Assembly (NCBI GenBank): GCA_965285935.1
Contig: OZ260663.1
Coordinates: forward strand, 93,124,001-93,188,000
Length of the DNA stretch: 64,000 nucleotides
From: Ophelia neglecta
Lineage: Eukaryota
Direction: 5' to 3'
The notes under the pieces were generated by a model, which had not been told where the DNA came from, searched no databases, and worked only from the letters and a program-made list of their open reading frames with translations. The position numbers were made by a program, and so were the translations under genes. Numbering within the stretch: the first letter of the stretch is position 1; each line of letters opens with the position of its first letter. Shown in pieces: positions 52,501 through 64,000 of the stretch.

Positions 52501-55500
52501 TCCTTCAGGAACACTCTGAACCCATCGGAGATGAGCAGTTGGTGGTCACTTGCCCTTAGCTGTCCTGGGGCCCTCCCTGCCTGTAGGCTGATGGTGAAGA
52601 GCGCCCTGGAGGGCGTCGACTCTGAGGTAGTAACTGGCAAATACGAGGACACTCCGCGCCAGCTAAGAATTTGTAAACTGTGTAGGTCAGCAGTAGAGGA
52701 CACTCTACACTTCCTGTTGGAGTGCCCCACTTTAACTGAGGAAAATAGGTGGCTTTGCGATCGACTGGCCGAGTGCGGCATAGCAGACTCGGAGGCGCTG
52801 TTTTGGGTGCTAACCGCTTGTGAGAGGCTGGAGGGCGTGTCAGTATCCGAGGCAGTTTTCAAGTCATACTCGAGTAGGGCCAGAAAGCTTCTATGTATAT
52901 CTCCGTGATAACTGTATATCCTCGTGTTGTCCGTGTGATGCAAACGGAATGTAGCATCAACCTACCTATATGCCTGTATATATATATTTTCCCTTAACTA
53001 ACCGAATGTTGTAAACCTTATTGTAGTGTGCTGACGTAGTGTTATTATTATGGATATGTTTTTTTTCTCCCTCTCTTGTATTATTACTCTCCATGCTGGA
53101 GGAATAAAGAAAAAAAAACAAAAAAAACAACACACTTTATATATAAATATATACTTATATATTCCCCAATGTGTATATTCACCACTGTGGGACTATTAAG
53201 AAATCAAAAGACGCCGTGTCTAAGGTATACAGACAATGGTGGTAGGCAAGTAAGAGACTGTGTTTCATTAATTTCCGAAAATTAAAATTGCATAGGCAGT
53301 AAATTAACACTCAATTTCCTTTTTATTCTTTATTTATAGAAGAACAGGATGTGTGTTTTTGGAAAACATACGAACTTACCTGTGACCAAAACGAAGTTAT
53401 ACAAATGTCGCATGCTTTGTACGGACGGATGGCGGTAGGGAGCTGTATACCGGAGGCTTTGAGGATGGGGTGTCAGGTGGACGTATTGGAACACTTGGAC
53501 TCCGTTTGCTCTGGGAGACAGTCGTGTCAGCTAAGGTTGCCACAGGATGACATTGCTACAGCACAACAACCTTGTCCACGAGGATTAGAGGCATACCTAC
53601 AGTTGGAATACAACTGCATAACGGGTAAGTCAAACATAGATTTTAACGTCTCACGAATTATATTTACACCAGGCTGAAGCCATGGCTGGTAATCTAAAAG
53701 CAGCCCACTTCATCTATTATTATTGCGCAAAATCATTTTAGATATTATTTCTATTTCCAGTACACACCTCGCCAACGCCGTGCGCTGGAAGCCCCATACC
53801 AGTCAAAGGATCCAATGGGCTACTGGCAAATATTATAACAGAACTGACTGGTCAGGGATCTCAGGTATGTCCCTGGGAGGTTAGAGGCTCTCCTGGACAG
53901 AAGGTCCGCCTCACATTATATGACTACGGTGTATGGAACCCTCCCACGACCGAAGGGGGCGTCTCACAGCCAGAAATCCGGCGACCAAAGAAGACAGATA
54001 TATGCCACATATACGCAAGACTAACAGAAGGTAATTCAAGCTTGAACAGAATTTTATTTGTATTTCCTGTTAATGGAATGGCATTTGGTGGTCTGCTATA
54101 CAGTATTAGTTGCTATACAGTATTAGTTGCTATACAGTATTAGTTGTTAAAGAATACAGCCATGAGTAGACTGTATTTTATTTGTGCTATTAATTATAAT
54201 TGCGTTCCCTTTTTGTATTGGTTATATTTCTGTTTCATCAGCAGATCACACTGAGAGTTCCATCCCCCTTTGTGGGGGCGAGGCACGAGAGAAAGTAGTT
54301 CACCTTTCAGAGACAGAGGGCTTGTATATCGCCTTAACTGACCCTAAACATAGTCCAAACGCCGCGTACTTCGTACTTCGTTACGAAGGTGTGTGGTATT
54401 TTTAAAACATATGCATCTACCCTTTACTTTATTGACAATCTTTGAAACAACGCATGTCAGAGACATAATTGCTAAAATATTGACATAAATTCAGTTGATC
54501 TAGTCATTCAAAGATTCATAATCTAATGTATATATGAAAATGTTATATCATTGATAATTCTCTTGACATTCCAGTCCTAGGATGTCTTACTTACATACCG
54601 CCAGAGGGCGCTGTTATTGTGCGACGCCATAACGATATATCAGTGACGTGTCCAGATACCGGACATTTCTGGAATGTTGTGTGTGATGGGACAAAGTGGC
54701 AAGCAGAAGGAAACGTCACCAACTGTACTAAAACTGAGATAAGTCGAAGTAAGTAGAAAACTTCAAAGCAGAAACAAGCATGCTTTTGCTGTTTATTGTT
54801 TTAAAAATTTCACGTACAACTTTATATCCATACAAACAACAGAAACAATATAAACAAAAATGTTGCAAATTCTTACGAGGAATTTTATTTAGAACCAAAA
54901 AGGACGGGAATGGATAAAAGAGAGCCGCCCGTGTCAAGTGAAGCGGTAATGGAACGTGGCCTTAACTTATCTCAAGGTGATGATCAAGTACAAAATGTTG
55001 ACTAGAATATAAAATAACAACCCAAAATAGCGCATAATTTTCATTTGATAACTTTCTTTTTAAGCATGCGCAATAGGTAGGATCAAACTTTTCTAAATAA
55101 CACATTCATCAACTGTCTAATTTGTCTATTGTAAAAATGAAATACTAGTAACCAGTAAACATTTTCGAATATTTTCCATATTTAAACCACATACCCTCTG
55201 TATATTTCCAGGACTAGTGATTGCATTCTTTTTATCAATGGCTGTACTCATAGCAGTCATCATCACAGTGGTTGGCATTGTTGTACTTCGAAGGTGAATT
55301 AAGTATTCTGTCATATAACTTTTTGATAAGATTTTCTCGGAGAAATAACTCAGTAATCTAGGCATAAGCAACTGTTTTCGATTTACTCTATATTAAAACA
55401 TATTTCAGGTAATGTCCAGTAATGAGGTTTTCGTACGATAAAGTTGAATCTAAAATTGAAAAGCCTAAAGCGCTGAAGAAAATAAAATTAAAAAACTTAA

Positions 55501-55986
55501 ATTTACCAAAAATGTCGTTTCAGAAGGCAAGACACAGTAGTGGAATCAACTCCCGGATATAGCTGCAAAGAACATTTTCCTATGCTTACAAAAGATCAAA
55601 GGGAGCAGCAGTTTATCCCGGACAGGGGTTATACTAGTACAGTACACAGGCACGGGGCTGTCCCTCCGGGCGCCATGACACAACGTGGACAATTTCTCCC
55701 GCTCCCACTACCCCCGTCGTCGTCGCTCCCACAGGGCGACCACTGTACAATCCTTAGGACGCTTGGCCAAGACCGCTACCCGAGGGTTAGTAACCAGACA
55801 ACACAACCATGTAATGACTGGCCAAATTCTTTGCGGCGTACACGCAGTAACGACAAAACCAAGAATCATTTCTATCACGAATTGGACCCAGAACATATCA
55901 ATGTTCACTCTGGGACACCACTGGATGACAAGGAATTCGCCATCGAACCGTCCAACGTGACCCCTCTTCCTGATGTCCTGTCCTGA
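49598..55986 (+). CDS. A4: subfamily A paralog (~524 aa), LINE in intron 1
   Basis: Exons 49598-49670, 53340-53624, 53761-54030, 54245-54388 (or 54242, CAGCAG tandem acceptor), 54575-54748, 54893-54976, 55212-55293, 55524-55986; total 1575 nt, in frame. Confidence 0.88.
51592..53130 (+). mobile_element. 5'-truncated non-LTR retrotransposon (C-terminal RT, CCHC knuckle, 3'UTR, A-rich tail)
   Basis: 438-aa open frame with YADD, W...FNPKKS, HLGI, LLYGLE and CKLC-x7-H-x4-C. AATAAA plus A-rich tail at 53103-53130. Sharp GC increase. Absent from paralogous A5 intron 1. Confidence 0.92.
54095..54145 (+). repeat. 17-bp tandem repeat x3 (gctatacagtattagtt)
   Basis: Three perfect units in A4 intron 3; single unit at the paralogous A5 site (~61213). 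Confidence 0.9.
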
Positions 55987-56413
55987 AGATGAACATTAAA
56001 AATAAATACGTCTTCAGTTTACAATAGTGGGTGATCAAACTGCTTATAGTCATTTACGAATTGAAACTATTCAAGATTATATCAATATTGTTATGTACAC
56101 AAGTTAAACACTTAGAATATATTCCATTCCCTTTCTACAAGAAAGCATAGTTCTTGGAGTTCGTTTATTTGACGTTAGCACTGTCTTGTTCGTAAGGATT
56201 TTTACAAGTAGATGACTATTCTCTGGAAAATGAAGACAACCTACTTCACGGATGAAGCACTGTGGGTTTTTAAGAAAAGCATCTTGCCTAGTGCCATTTA
56301 AGGCATAATGACCTTTTCACCACATTGGATATAGGTTACGTTAAGGGCTGATGTATGATGTTACCTTTGCTTATTAAAAATCATCATTTCTCTCCGGCCA
56401 TTTTAGGCGACAG

Positions 56414-57185
56414 TCATAGGGTGTCCGAAATACATCCCACCAAAAGGCGCTGTGGCAGAGAAGCAGAGTAACGAGATTTCCGCAAGATGTTCCAATTCTG
56501 GAATAGGATGGCGCTCGTCGTTTAGCCGCTAATCAATCATATTTCAATTTTCATACGACAAGCTATATAAACCCAAACTAAACACTATATTTCGGAATAC
56601 TTTTGAGGGATTCTCGTTGTGATAATCATAGCCGCTGCCATTATCATATACTTGTGATTGGCATTAATAGTTTTCGCAGGTCAGTTTTATATTTGTCATA
56701 TCCGGGACCTACTGCTAAAGAGCACGACCCCATGCCGGTCACACACGTGAGATACTCTCAAAGGAAGGGAGTATACATCTACTCCAAACATACACGGATC
56801 TGTGCGTCCCGATGCGGTAACACCTGATGGAGGATTTCCGCCTCTGTCTTTCAGATTGACGTCATCATACCTGGACACGGAAAGTACCAATCACGTGAAA
56901 CCAAGTCAACAGTGCCGACTGCGTGACAATAACCAAGCTACACTCCAACGACCTTACACAGAACATTAATATGAATCGCCGAAGGTCATACGGCGCACGC
57001 GCAGTACGAGTGACCCTAGTGATCCGTTTTACCGCGAATTAGATTCGAAACACATTCGGATTTCATTGTAATCTGCCACACGAGTCGGATCGCTTTATGG
57101 AGTCGGATCGGACCGGTCCCATCCGTGTCCACACGGCCAGGGCAAATTAGCTGATACCGGGGCCAGAGGAGGTGACCACGTTTAA
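56414..57185 (+). pseudogene. psiB 3' remnant (partial exon 5, TM exon, tail exon)
   Basis: IGCPKYIPPKGAV matches B2 exon 5. Degenerate TM exon ~56605-56680. Frameshifted tail with YESP and DPFYRELD relics. No promoter or exons 1-4. Confidence 0.85.
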
Positions 57186-57940
57186 ATTACTATTGTATAA
57201 AATGAGTATAGTATGATCAAAAATTCTTATTGGAAAGTTGGATTTGTCAATTGTTGTGTTGCTCAAAAGAAAAATTTCTATTTGTCTTCATAATTGATAT
57301 TTCCTTTTTCTCAATTTCTTTGCTAAAGATTCATTGTTTTTCTGAACACAATGAAGCTGGATTGTGATCATATTAACAAGCATGACTACATTTGCATGCT
57401 AAATATTTGACGGAATTATCGGTTTTCCAAAGTCAGTAACCTGGTCAACACTGCCCTCATGACCTAGTTATTTATATGTCACCTTAGGAAAACAGATGTA
57501 CAGATCACAGTTGATTTCGTTGTGTTTGAATATAGTTTAAGTATCTTAAAGTAACAGTAAACAATGTGATATCTTAAAGTAACAATAACCTTTTTAAGAG
57601 CTGGATTTTTACCAGATTATGCATTGGATATATGTTTTATTATGAGATATTAAATTCATTGATTTTGTCAGCAAAGAAACATTGTGCTACTAGACACAGA
57701 AATATCATTAAATGTCGTAATTTAGAGAACCGATGTGGCTTCCTAGTTTAATATTGGTTTACTTCTTGTAATTGACTATATGCGACGGGAGCGTTTAAAA
57801 TCATATTCAACATATTAGCCAGTTTTGACATTTTAAAATATATAGACCTACAAAAACATTTTCGATGACTTACCGGCTATGCTTGGACGGATGAATATTA
57901 ATTTGGAGAATATCCTACCATCCTGAGATAGAATGAGTGA

Positions 57941-58046
57941 GCCGCAAGCACAGCGAGTGCGGCGCACTGCGCCGGCGCTGTGTGTGCCACCCATTGCACC
58001 GCGCGGCGGTACAGTGTACACCAAGTTCTGATACTGACACTTCCAG
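57941..58046 (+). promoter_or_regulatory. Conserved upstream element, A5 copy
   Basis: Core at 57987-57997. Confidence 0.8.
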
Positions 58047-58176
58047 ATTGTGAAGGAATACTATGTGGAATTCAGATATTTTGTTAGGCAGATGATTATA
58101 TGAGCATTACACGCTTAAGATTTTAGTTTGGTGTTGCATGAAAGAGGGTATCCTTTGGACAATACACGGCTTTGCC

Positions 58177-61100
58177 ATGGATATACTGCAAAAAGCAATC
58201 ATTCTACGTGTTGTGATATTGGCAACATGGCTTTCAACAGTAGGCTCGAGTAAGTACTGTAAATACATTATCATATGACCAGGGACGCCATCTTGCGCAC
58301 GTAGCGACCATATTTCTCTGTGTGTTAATATTCCGAGGATGGCTGGCACCTTGTTATGTCCCACATTTGTGCAATAATTATGCTCACAGTAAGCTGATAA
58401 TGTTCAATATTTTGTTTAAAAAGAACTATTTTATAGTGGTAATATTATGTATGTTGGGGAAATGGAACGGTGAATATGTTTTTGCAACTTCCTCGATAAG
58501 CATGCAAATACATATATTGTTTCTAAACCAATTCTAACGAAAGTGCATCTCTGACGGTTTACTGAAATATATTTGCATCCGGCGTCTGCATGTCTGTGAT
58601 TTAGCTGGTTGAACATTACACCCTTGGGCTAATTCACCTTATTGACCAAGGTTAGCTTTCTTTTACTTCTGTCCCCTTTCTTATATTAAACGCAAATTCT
58701 ACTCCTGAAAACCACTTGGGCAAACTGATTGTTATTCTAAAAACAAAATAGATATTTGATGACTCCTTCCAATGTACACGAATTAAAAGGAAATATATCA
58801 ATTTTCTATAAGCACAGTATCGCTAATACCATGGGTACCATATATTTTATGTTCTCATCCAGTTTCAACGTTTCATCTTCTGTCCTTTTAAAGTTAATAC
58901 AAATGTAAATTGCTATAGGCCTAATATCGATAAGTAGATAAAAACAATTTTTGATAGATTAAATTTTGTTGGTAAAGGCAATTTAACCCGTATTAAGAAT
59001 GTCACACTAAAATTATTTTGGCGTTATGGTACTTTTTTTGATAATAAAAAACATTTTATAAACATTCATGTAATGGGCATCACGTCTCTTTTTTAATTTA
59101 TAAATGAATTTACAGACTACGGTAAATCAAGCAATACCCCTGTTGACTAAGTTAACCCACTAAACTGTACTGGTCTCATTACAGCAATTCTTAGATATTT
59201 GGTTGAAACTATAAATAGTATATACGTAATTAATTATTGGGAACAATACGTTTTTCCATTTCGTCTGATATAAACAGGTTGGGGTCTTAGGCATCGTAAT
59301 GTATTGGCTTTTAAAGAAAATTGCGCGATGTAATTGATAGTTTGTTTGCATAACCCTTACATTTTTATACATATGTGTACAAGGAACATACATGTTTGAA
59401 TTGATCACGCAGCGATAATTGTTACTTATACGTGTTTATATTTGTACTGGACTGGACTAACAGGAACTATAATATTAAAATATCTGGTGCCAAACAAACA
59501 CGTGGCTATTTAGACCAGTTTCATGACCATGTTATGCATTTACAAATTCCACCATACATACAAAACAGTATGATCCGTGTTGAACTGGATCAATTACCTG
59601 TGTAATCCTCATTAACCCGTGTTTGGTTTTTATAGTAACGGCGGTTGAATGAGTGTACTCCAGTGTGTCTTTTTGATTGAGTTTGCACCAGCGAGAGAGC
59701 ATTTCTACATATAACATGATTAGACAAACACGCTATTTATGTATTTGTTTAAACACAGTGAGATAAAACCAGGGCGGGTGGGGGGGGGGGGGGGGAGGGG
59801 TATCCCTTTTTATTAATCATTGTTGTTTCTTATCTGTTCTAATACTGCAGTGCCTACAGCAAACATATTTATTTATATATGCAAATTTATTGGGTGCAGT
59901 AGTCATTCAATTTTCAAAGCACCACTCAAAACCAAGATTTTGAAACAACTACAAACATATATGGATGTTTTACCGAGCATATGAAACATTGTTTGTGCTT
60001 TTCATTCGGTTCACCCAGTTTGGTACTCACACATACTAACATAGTCATTTGGGCTGGACTTATTTATTCATGTAATCGTAACGGAAGGGGAAAAATATAC
60101 ATGGACTATATTAAGTATGGTAATGTTTTAGAAGGGAACTACCAAGAAATAAGGTTATGTGCTAATGCCAGATACATGCGCCTGGCGGCTGGTTATGGGC
60201 CTTTTGTTCGTCCATACGTTCTGCCAAAGATTACCTAACATATCAGTTCCAACGCATATTTATTAAAAACCCTAACCAATGTCTGATGGTCTGTATAAAA
60301 GATATGCGATTACTTTTATTAAGGTCGCTTATTACGGTCGAGGCAATGGCCGCAGTGATGTTGGGGACGAGGAATCTTATTTAGTTAATATCTACAATTA
60401 GATAACCTAGACAGACAGTAAATGGGCACTACAATTCAAATATAGATTTTTGTTCTTTTATAGAAGAACTGGAAGTTTGTTTTTGGCGAACATACGAACT
60501 AACCTGTGACGAAAACGAGATTATACAAATGGAGCAAGCTCTGTACGGACGGATGGAGGTAGGGACCTGTATACCGGATGCTCACAAAATGGGATGTCAG
60601 GAAGACGTATTGGAGCACTTGGATTCGGTTTGCTCTGGGAGGCAGTCTTGTCAACTAAGGTTGCCACAGGATGAGATAGCTACCGCACATCAACCTTGTC
60701 CACGAGGGTTAGAGGCCTACCTAAAGTTGGAATACAACTGCATATCTGGTAAGTCAAACACAGATGTCCACGTCTCACTAATTATATTTATACCGGGCTG
60801 GAGCAGCAGGAAGTGATTGAAAAACAGCCTGCTTCCAGTATTATTATTGTCCAATTACTATTTAAATATTATTTCTAGTACTCACCTCACCAACGCCATG
60901 TGCCGGTAACCCAATACCAATCAAGAGTCCCACTGGGCTATTGGCAAATATTATAACGGAATTGACTGGTCAGGGATCTCAGGAATGTCCCTGGGAGGTC
61001 AGAGGCTCTCCTGGACAGAAGGTCCGACTCACATTATATGACTACGGTGTATGGAACCCTCCCACGACCGAAGGGGGCGTTTCACAGCCGGAAATCCGGC

Positions 61101-63129
61101 GACCAGAAAAGACGGATATATGCCATATATACGCAAGACTCGCAGAAGGTAATTCAAGATAGAATGGAATTACAATTGAATTCTATTGGAATGACATTTG
61201 TTGGCTGACGGCTGCTATACAGTATTAGTTATTTAAAATACAGCCAGGTATGAAAAGGAGTCGACGTTGACATAAAGAAATGATTTAGTTTTCCACTCCC
61301 TGTCGAAAAGCCCACTGTTTATGTTATTTGTGCTATTAATCATAATTACGTTACTTACTTATATTACTTATATATCTGTTACATCGGCAGATAACACTGA
61401 GAGTTCCATTCCCCTTTGTGGGGGCGAGGCACGAGAGAGAGTAGTTCACCTTTCGGAGACAGAGGGCTTGTATATCGCCTTAACTGACCCGAAACACAGT
61501 CAGAACGCGGCGTACTTCGTACTTCGTTACGAAGGTGAGTGATAATTTCAAACATATACATCTAACCGTTTTATTCTTATGACAATATTTGAAAACACGC
61601 ATGTCAGAGACATAATTGTTAAAACATTGACCTAATTTAAGTTGAACTAGTCATTCAACGATTCATAAAATAATGTATATATACAAATGTTATATCATTG
61701 ATAAGCCTCTTATCATTCCAGTCGTAGGGTGTGTTACTTACATACCACCAGAGGGCGCTGTTATTATGCGACACCATAACGATATATCAGTGACGTGTCC
61801 AGATACAGGAAATTTCTGGAATGTGGTGTGTGATGGGACAAGGTGGCAAGCAGAAGGAAATGTCACAAACTGCACTAAAAAAGAGATAAGTCGAAGTAGG
61901 TAAAAAAATCTTCTAAGCAGAAACAAATACGTTTTTGCTGTTTATTCTTAAATTCCACGTTCACCTTTATATCCATACAAACAACAGAAACAATATAAAC
62001 CAAAATGTTGCAAATTCTTATTTAGTACCAAAAAGGACGGGAGTGGATAAACGAGAGCCGTCCGTGTCCAGTGAAGCGGTAATGGAACGTGGCCTTAACT
62101 TATCTCAAGGTGATGACAAGTAGAAAATGTTGACTAGAATATAAAAATAACAAACCAAAATTGCGCATAATTTTCCTTTGATGACTTTCTTTTTCTGCAT
62201 GCACAATAGGAAGGAATTAAACTTTTCTAAATAACAAATTCATCAACTATCTAATTGGTCTATTGTAAAAATGTAATACTAATGATCAGTAAAAAAAAAG
62301 TCGTATGTTCTAGTTTCGATATTAACACTAAATACCCTCCGTTATTTTCCAGGACTGGTGATTGCATTCTTTTTATCAATGGCTGTACTGATAGCAGTCA
62401 TCATCACAGTGGTTGGCATTGTTGTACTTCGAAGGTGAATTATTAAGTATTCTGTCATATAACTTTTGATAAGATTTTCTCGGAGAAATAACTCATGTAA
62501 TTCAGGCATGAGCAACAGTTTTCGATTTACTGTATATTAAAACATGTTTCAGGTAATGTCCAATAATGAGGTTTTCGTACCATAAAGTTGAATCTGTATA
62601 AAAAAGCCTAAAGCGCTGAAGAAAATTAAATTAAAAAACTTAAATTTACCAAAAATGTCTTTTCAGAAGGCAAGACACAGTAATTGAATCAACTCCCGGA
62701 TATAGCTGTAAAGAACATTTTCCTATGCTTACAAAAGATCAAAGGGAGCAGCAGTTTATCCCGGACAGGGGTTATACTAGTACAGCACACAGGCACGGGG
62801 CTGTCCCTCCGGGCGCCATGACACAACGTGGACAATTTCCCCCGCTCCCACTACCCCCGTCGTCGTCGCTCCCACAGGGCGACCACTGTACAATCCATAG
62901 GACGCTCGGCCAAGACCGCTACCCGAGGGTTAGTAACCAGACAACACAACCATCTAATGACTGGCCAAATTCTTTGCGGCGTACACGCAGTAACGACAAA
63001 ACCAAGAATCATTTCTATCACGAATTGGACCCGGAACATATCAATGTTCACTCTGGGACACCACTGGATGACAAGGAATTCGCCATCGAACCGTCCAACG
63101 TGGCCCCTCTTCCTGATGTCCTGTCCTGA
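58177..63129 (+). CDS. A5: subfamily A paralog (~524 aa), closest to A4
   Basis: Exons 58177-58249, 60464-60748, 60879-61148, 61391-61534, 61722-61895, 62026-62109, 62353-62434, 62667-63129; total 1575 nt, in frame. Confidence 0.88.
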
Positions 63130-63579
63130 AGATGAAGATTAAAAATAAATGCGTCTTCAATTTACAATAGTGGGTGAACAAACTGCTTATAGTCATTTAC
63201 GAATTGAAACTATTCAAGATTATATCTATATTGTTATGTACACAAGTTAAACACTTAGAATATATTCCATTCCCTTTCTTCAAGAAAGAATATTTCTTGG
63301 AGTTCGTTTATTTGACGCTAGCACTGTCTTGTTCGTAAGGATTTTTACAGGTAGATGACTATTCACTGGAAAATGAATACAACCTACTTCACGGATGAAG
63401 CACTGTGGGTTTTTAAGAAAAGCATCTTGCCTAGTGCCATTTAAGGCATAATGACCTTTTCACCAGAGTGGATATAGGTTATGTTAAGGGCTGATGTATG
63501 ATGTTACCTTTGCTTATTAAAAATCATCATTTCTCTCCGCTGTTTGTGATGAATCTAAGGCGGCCATTTTAGGCGACAG

Positions 63580-64000
63580 TCATAGGGTGTCCGAAATACA
63601 TCCCACCAAAAGGCGCTGTGGTCGAGAACCAGAGTAACGAGTTTTCCGCCAGATGTTCCAATTCTGGAATAGAATGGCGCTTGTCGTTTAGCCGCTAATC
63701 AATCATATTTAAATTTTCATACGACAAGTTATATTAACCCAAACTATAAACACTATATTTCCGAATACTTTTCTGGGATTCTTATTGTGATAATCATAGC
63801 CGCCGCATTTATCATAGCAGTCCCTACACTTGTGATTGTCTTCATTAGTTTTCGCAGGTCAGTTTTACGTTTATCATTACATGTGTCTGTTTACTACGTA
63901 TGTCGGTTGATTATCAATGTATCAGAAGTTTTACTTATATTTGTCGTATCCGGGACCTACTGCTAAAGTGTACGACCCCATGCTGGGTACACACGTGAGA
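63580..64000 (+). pseudogene. psiB 3' remnant, duplicate of 56414-57185, runs off window
   Basis: Same junction (ggccattttaggcgacag) and same truncated exon 5 as the 56.4 kb copy. TM exon acceptor lost (ttctg|ggatt). Confidence 0.82.

Noticed and set aside
54095-54145. CRISPR-like array
   Set aside because: Head-to-tail 17-mers without spacers in a eukaryotic intron.

Overview
AT-rich, intron-containing animal genomic DNA. An annelid/lophotrochozoan origin is an inference from the domain architecture, not something shown here. The window is one tandem array, all on the + strand, of an 8-exon gene family encoding single-pass receptors: signal peptide, SUEL/rhamnose-binding-lectin-like domain, CUB-like domain, short sushi/CCP-like module, stalk, TM helix, and a 150-180 aa Tyr/Pro-motif tail. 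Two subfamilies alternate: A (tail HFYHELDP..PLPDV) and B (tail HKYESP..DPFYRELD/G). The order is A1-B1-A2-[orphan B exon 1]-[orphan A tail exon]-psiB-A3-B2-A4-psiB-A5-psiB. I rebuilt six in-frame genes by hand from splice sites. A seventh (B2) has a 1-nt frameshift at the start of its tail exon. Every gene start carries the same ~100-bp GC-rich upstream element (CCACCCATTGC invariant in 9/9 copies), and all seven complete genes have a YY1-type CGCCATYTT at intron-1 position +36/37. Ectodomain loops are hypervariable and mosaic while TM/tail regions are homogenised, which suggests a paired, diversifying cell-recognition receptor system. Also present: a young 5'-truncated LINE, LINE relics, MITE-like elements and rearrangement scars. 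All alignments and counts were done by eye.
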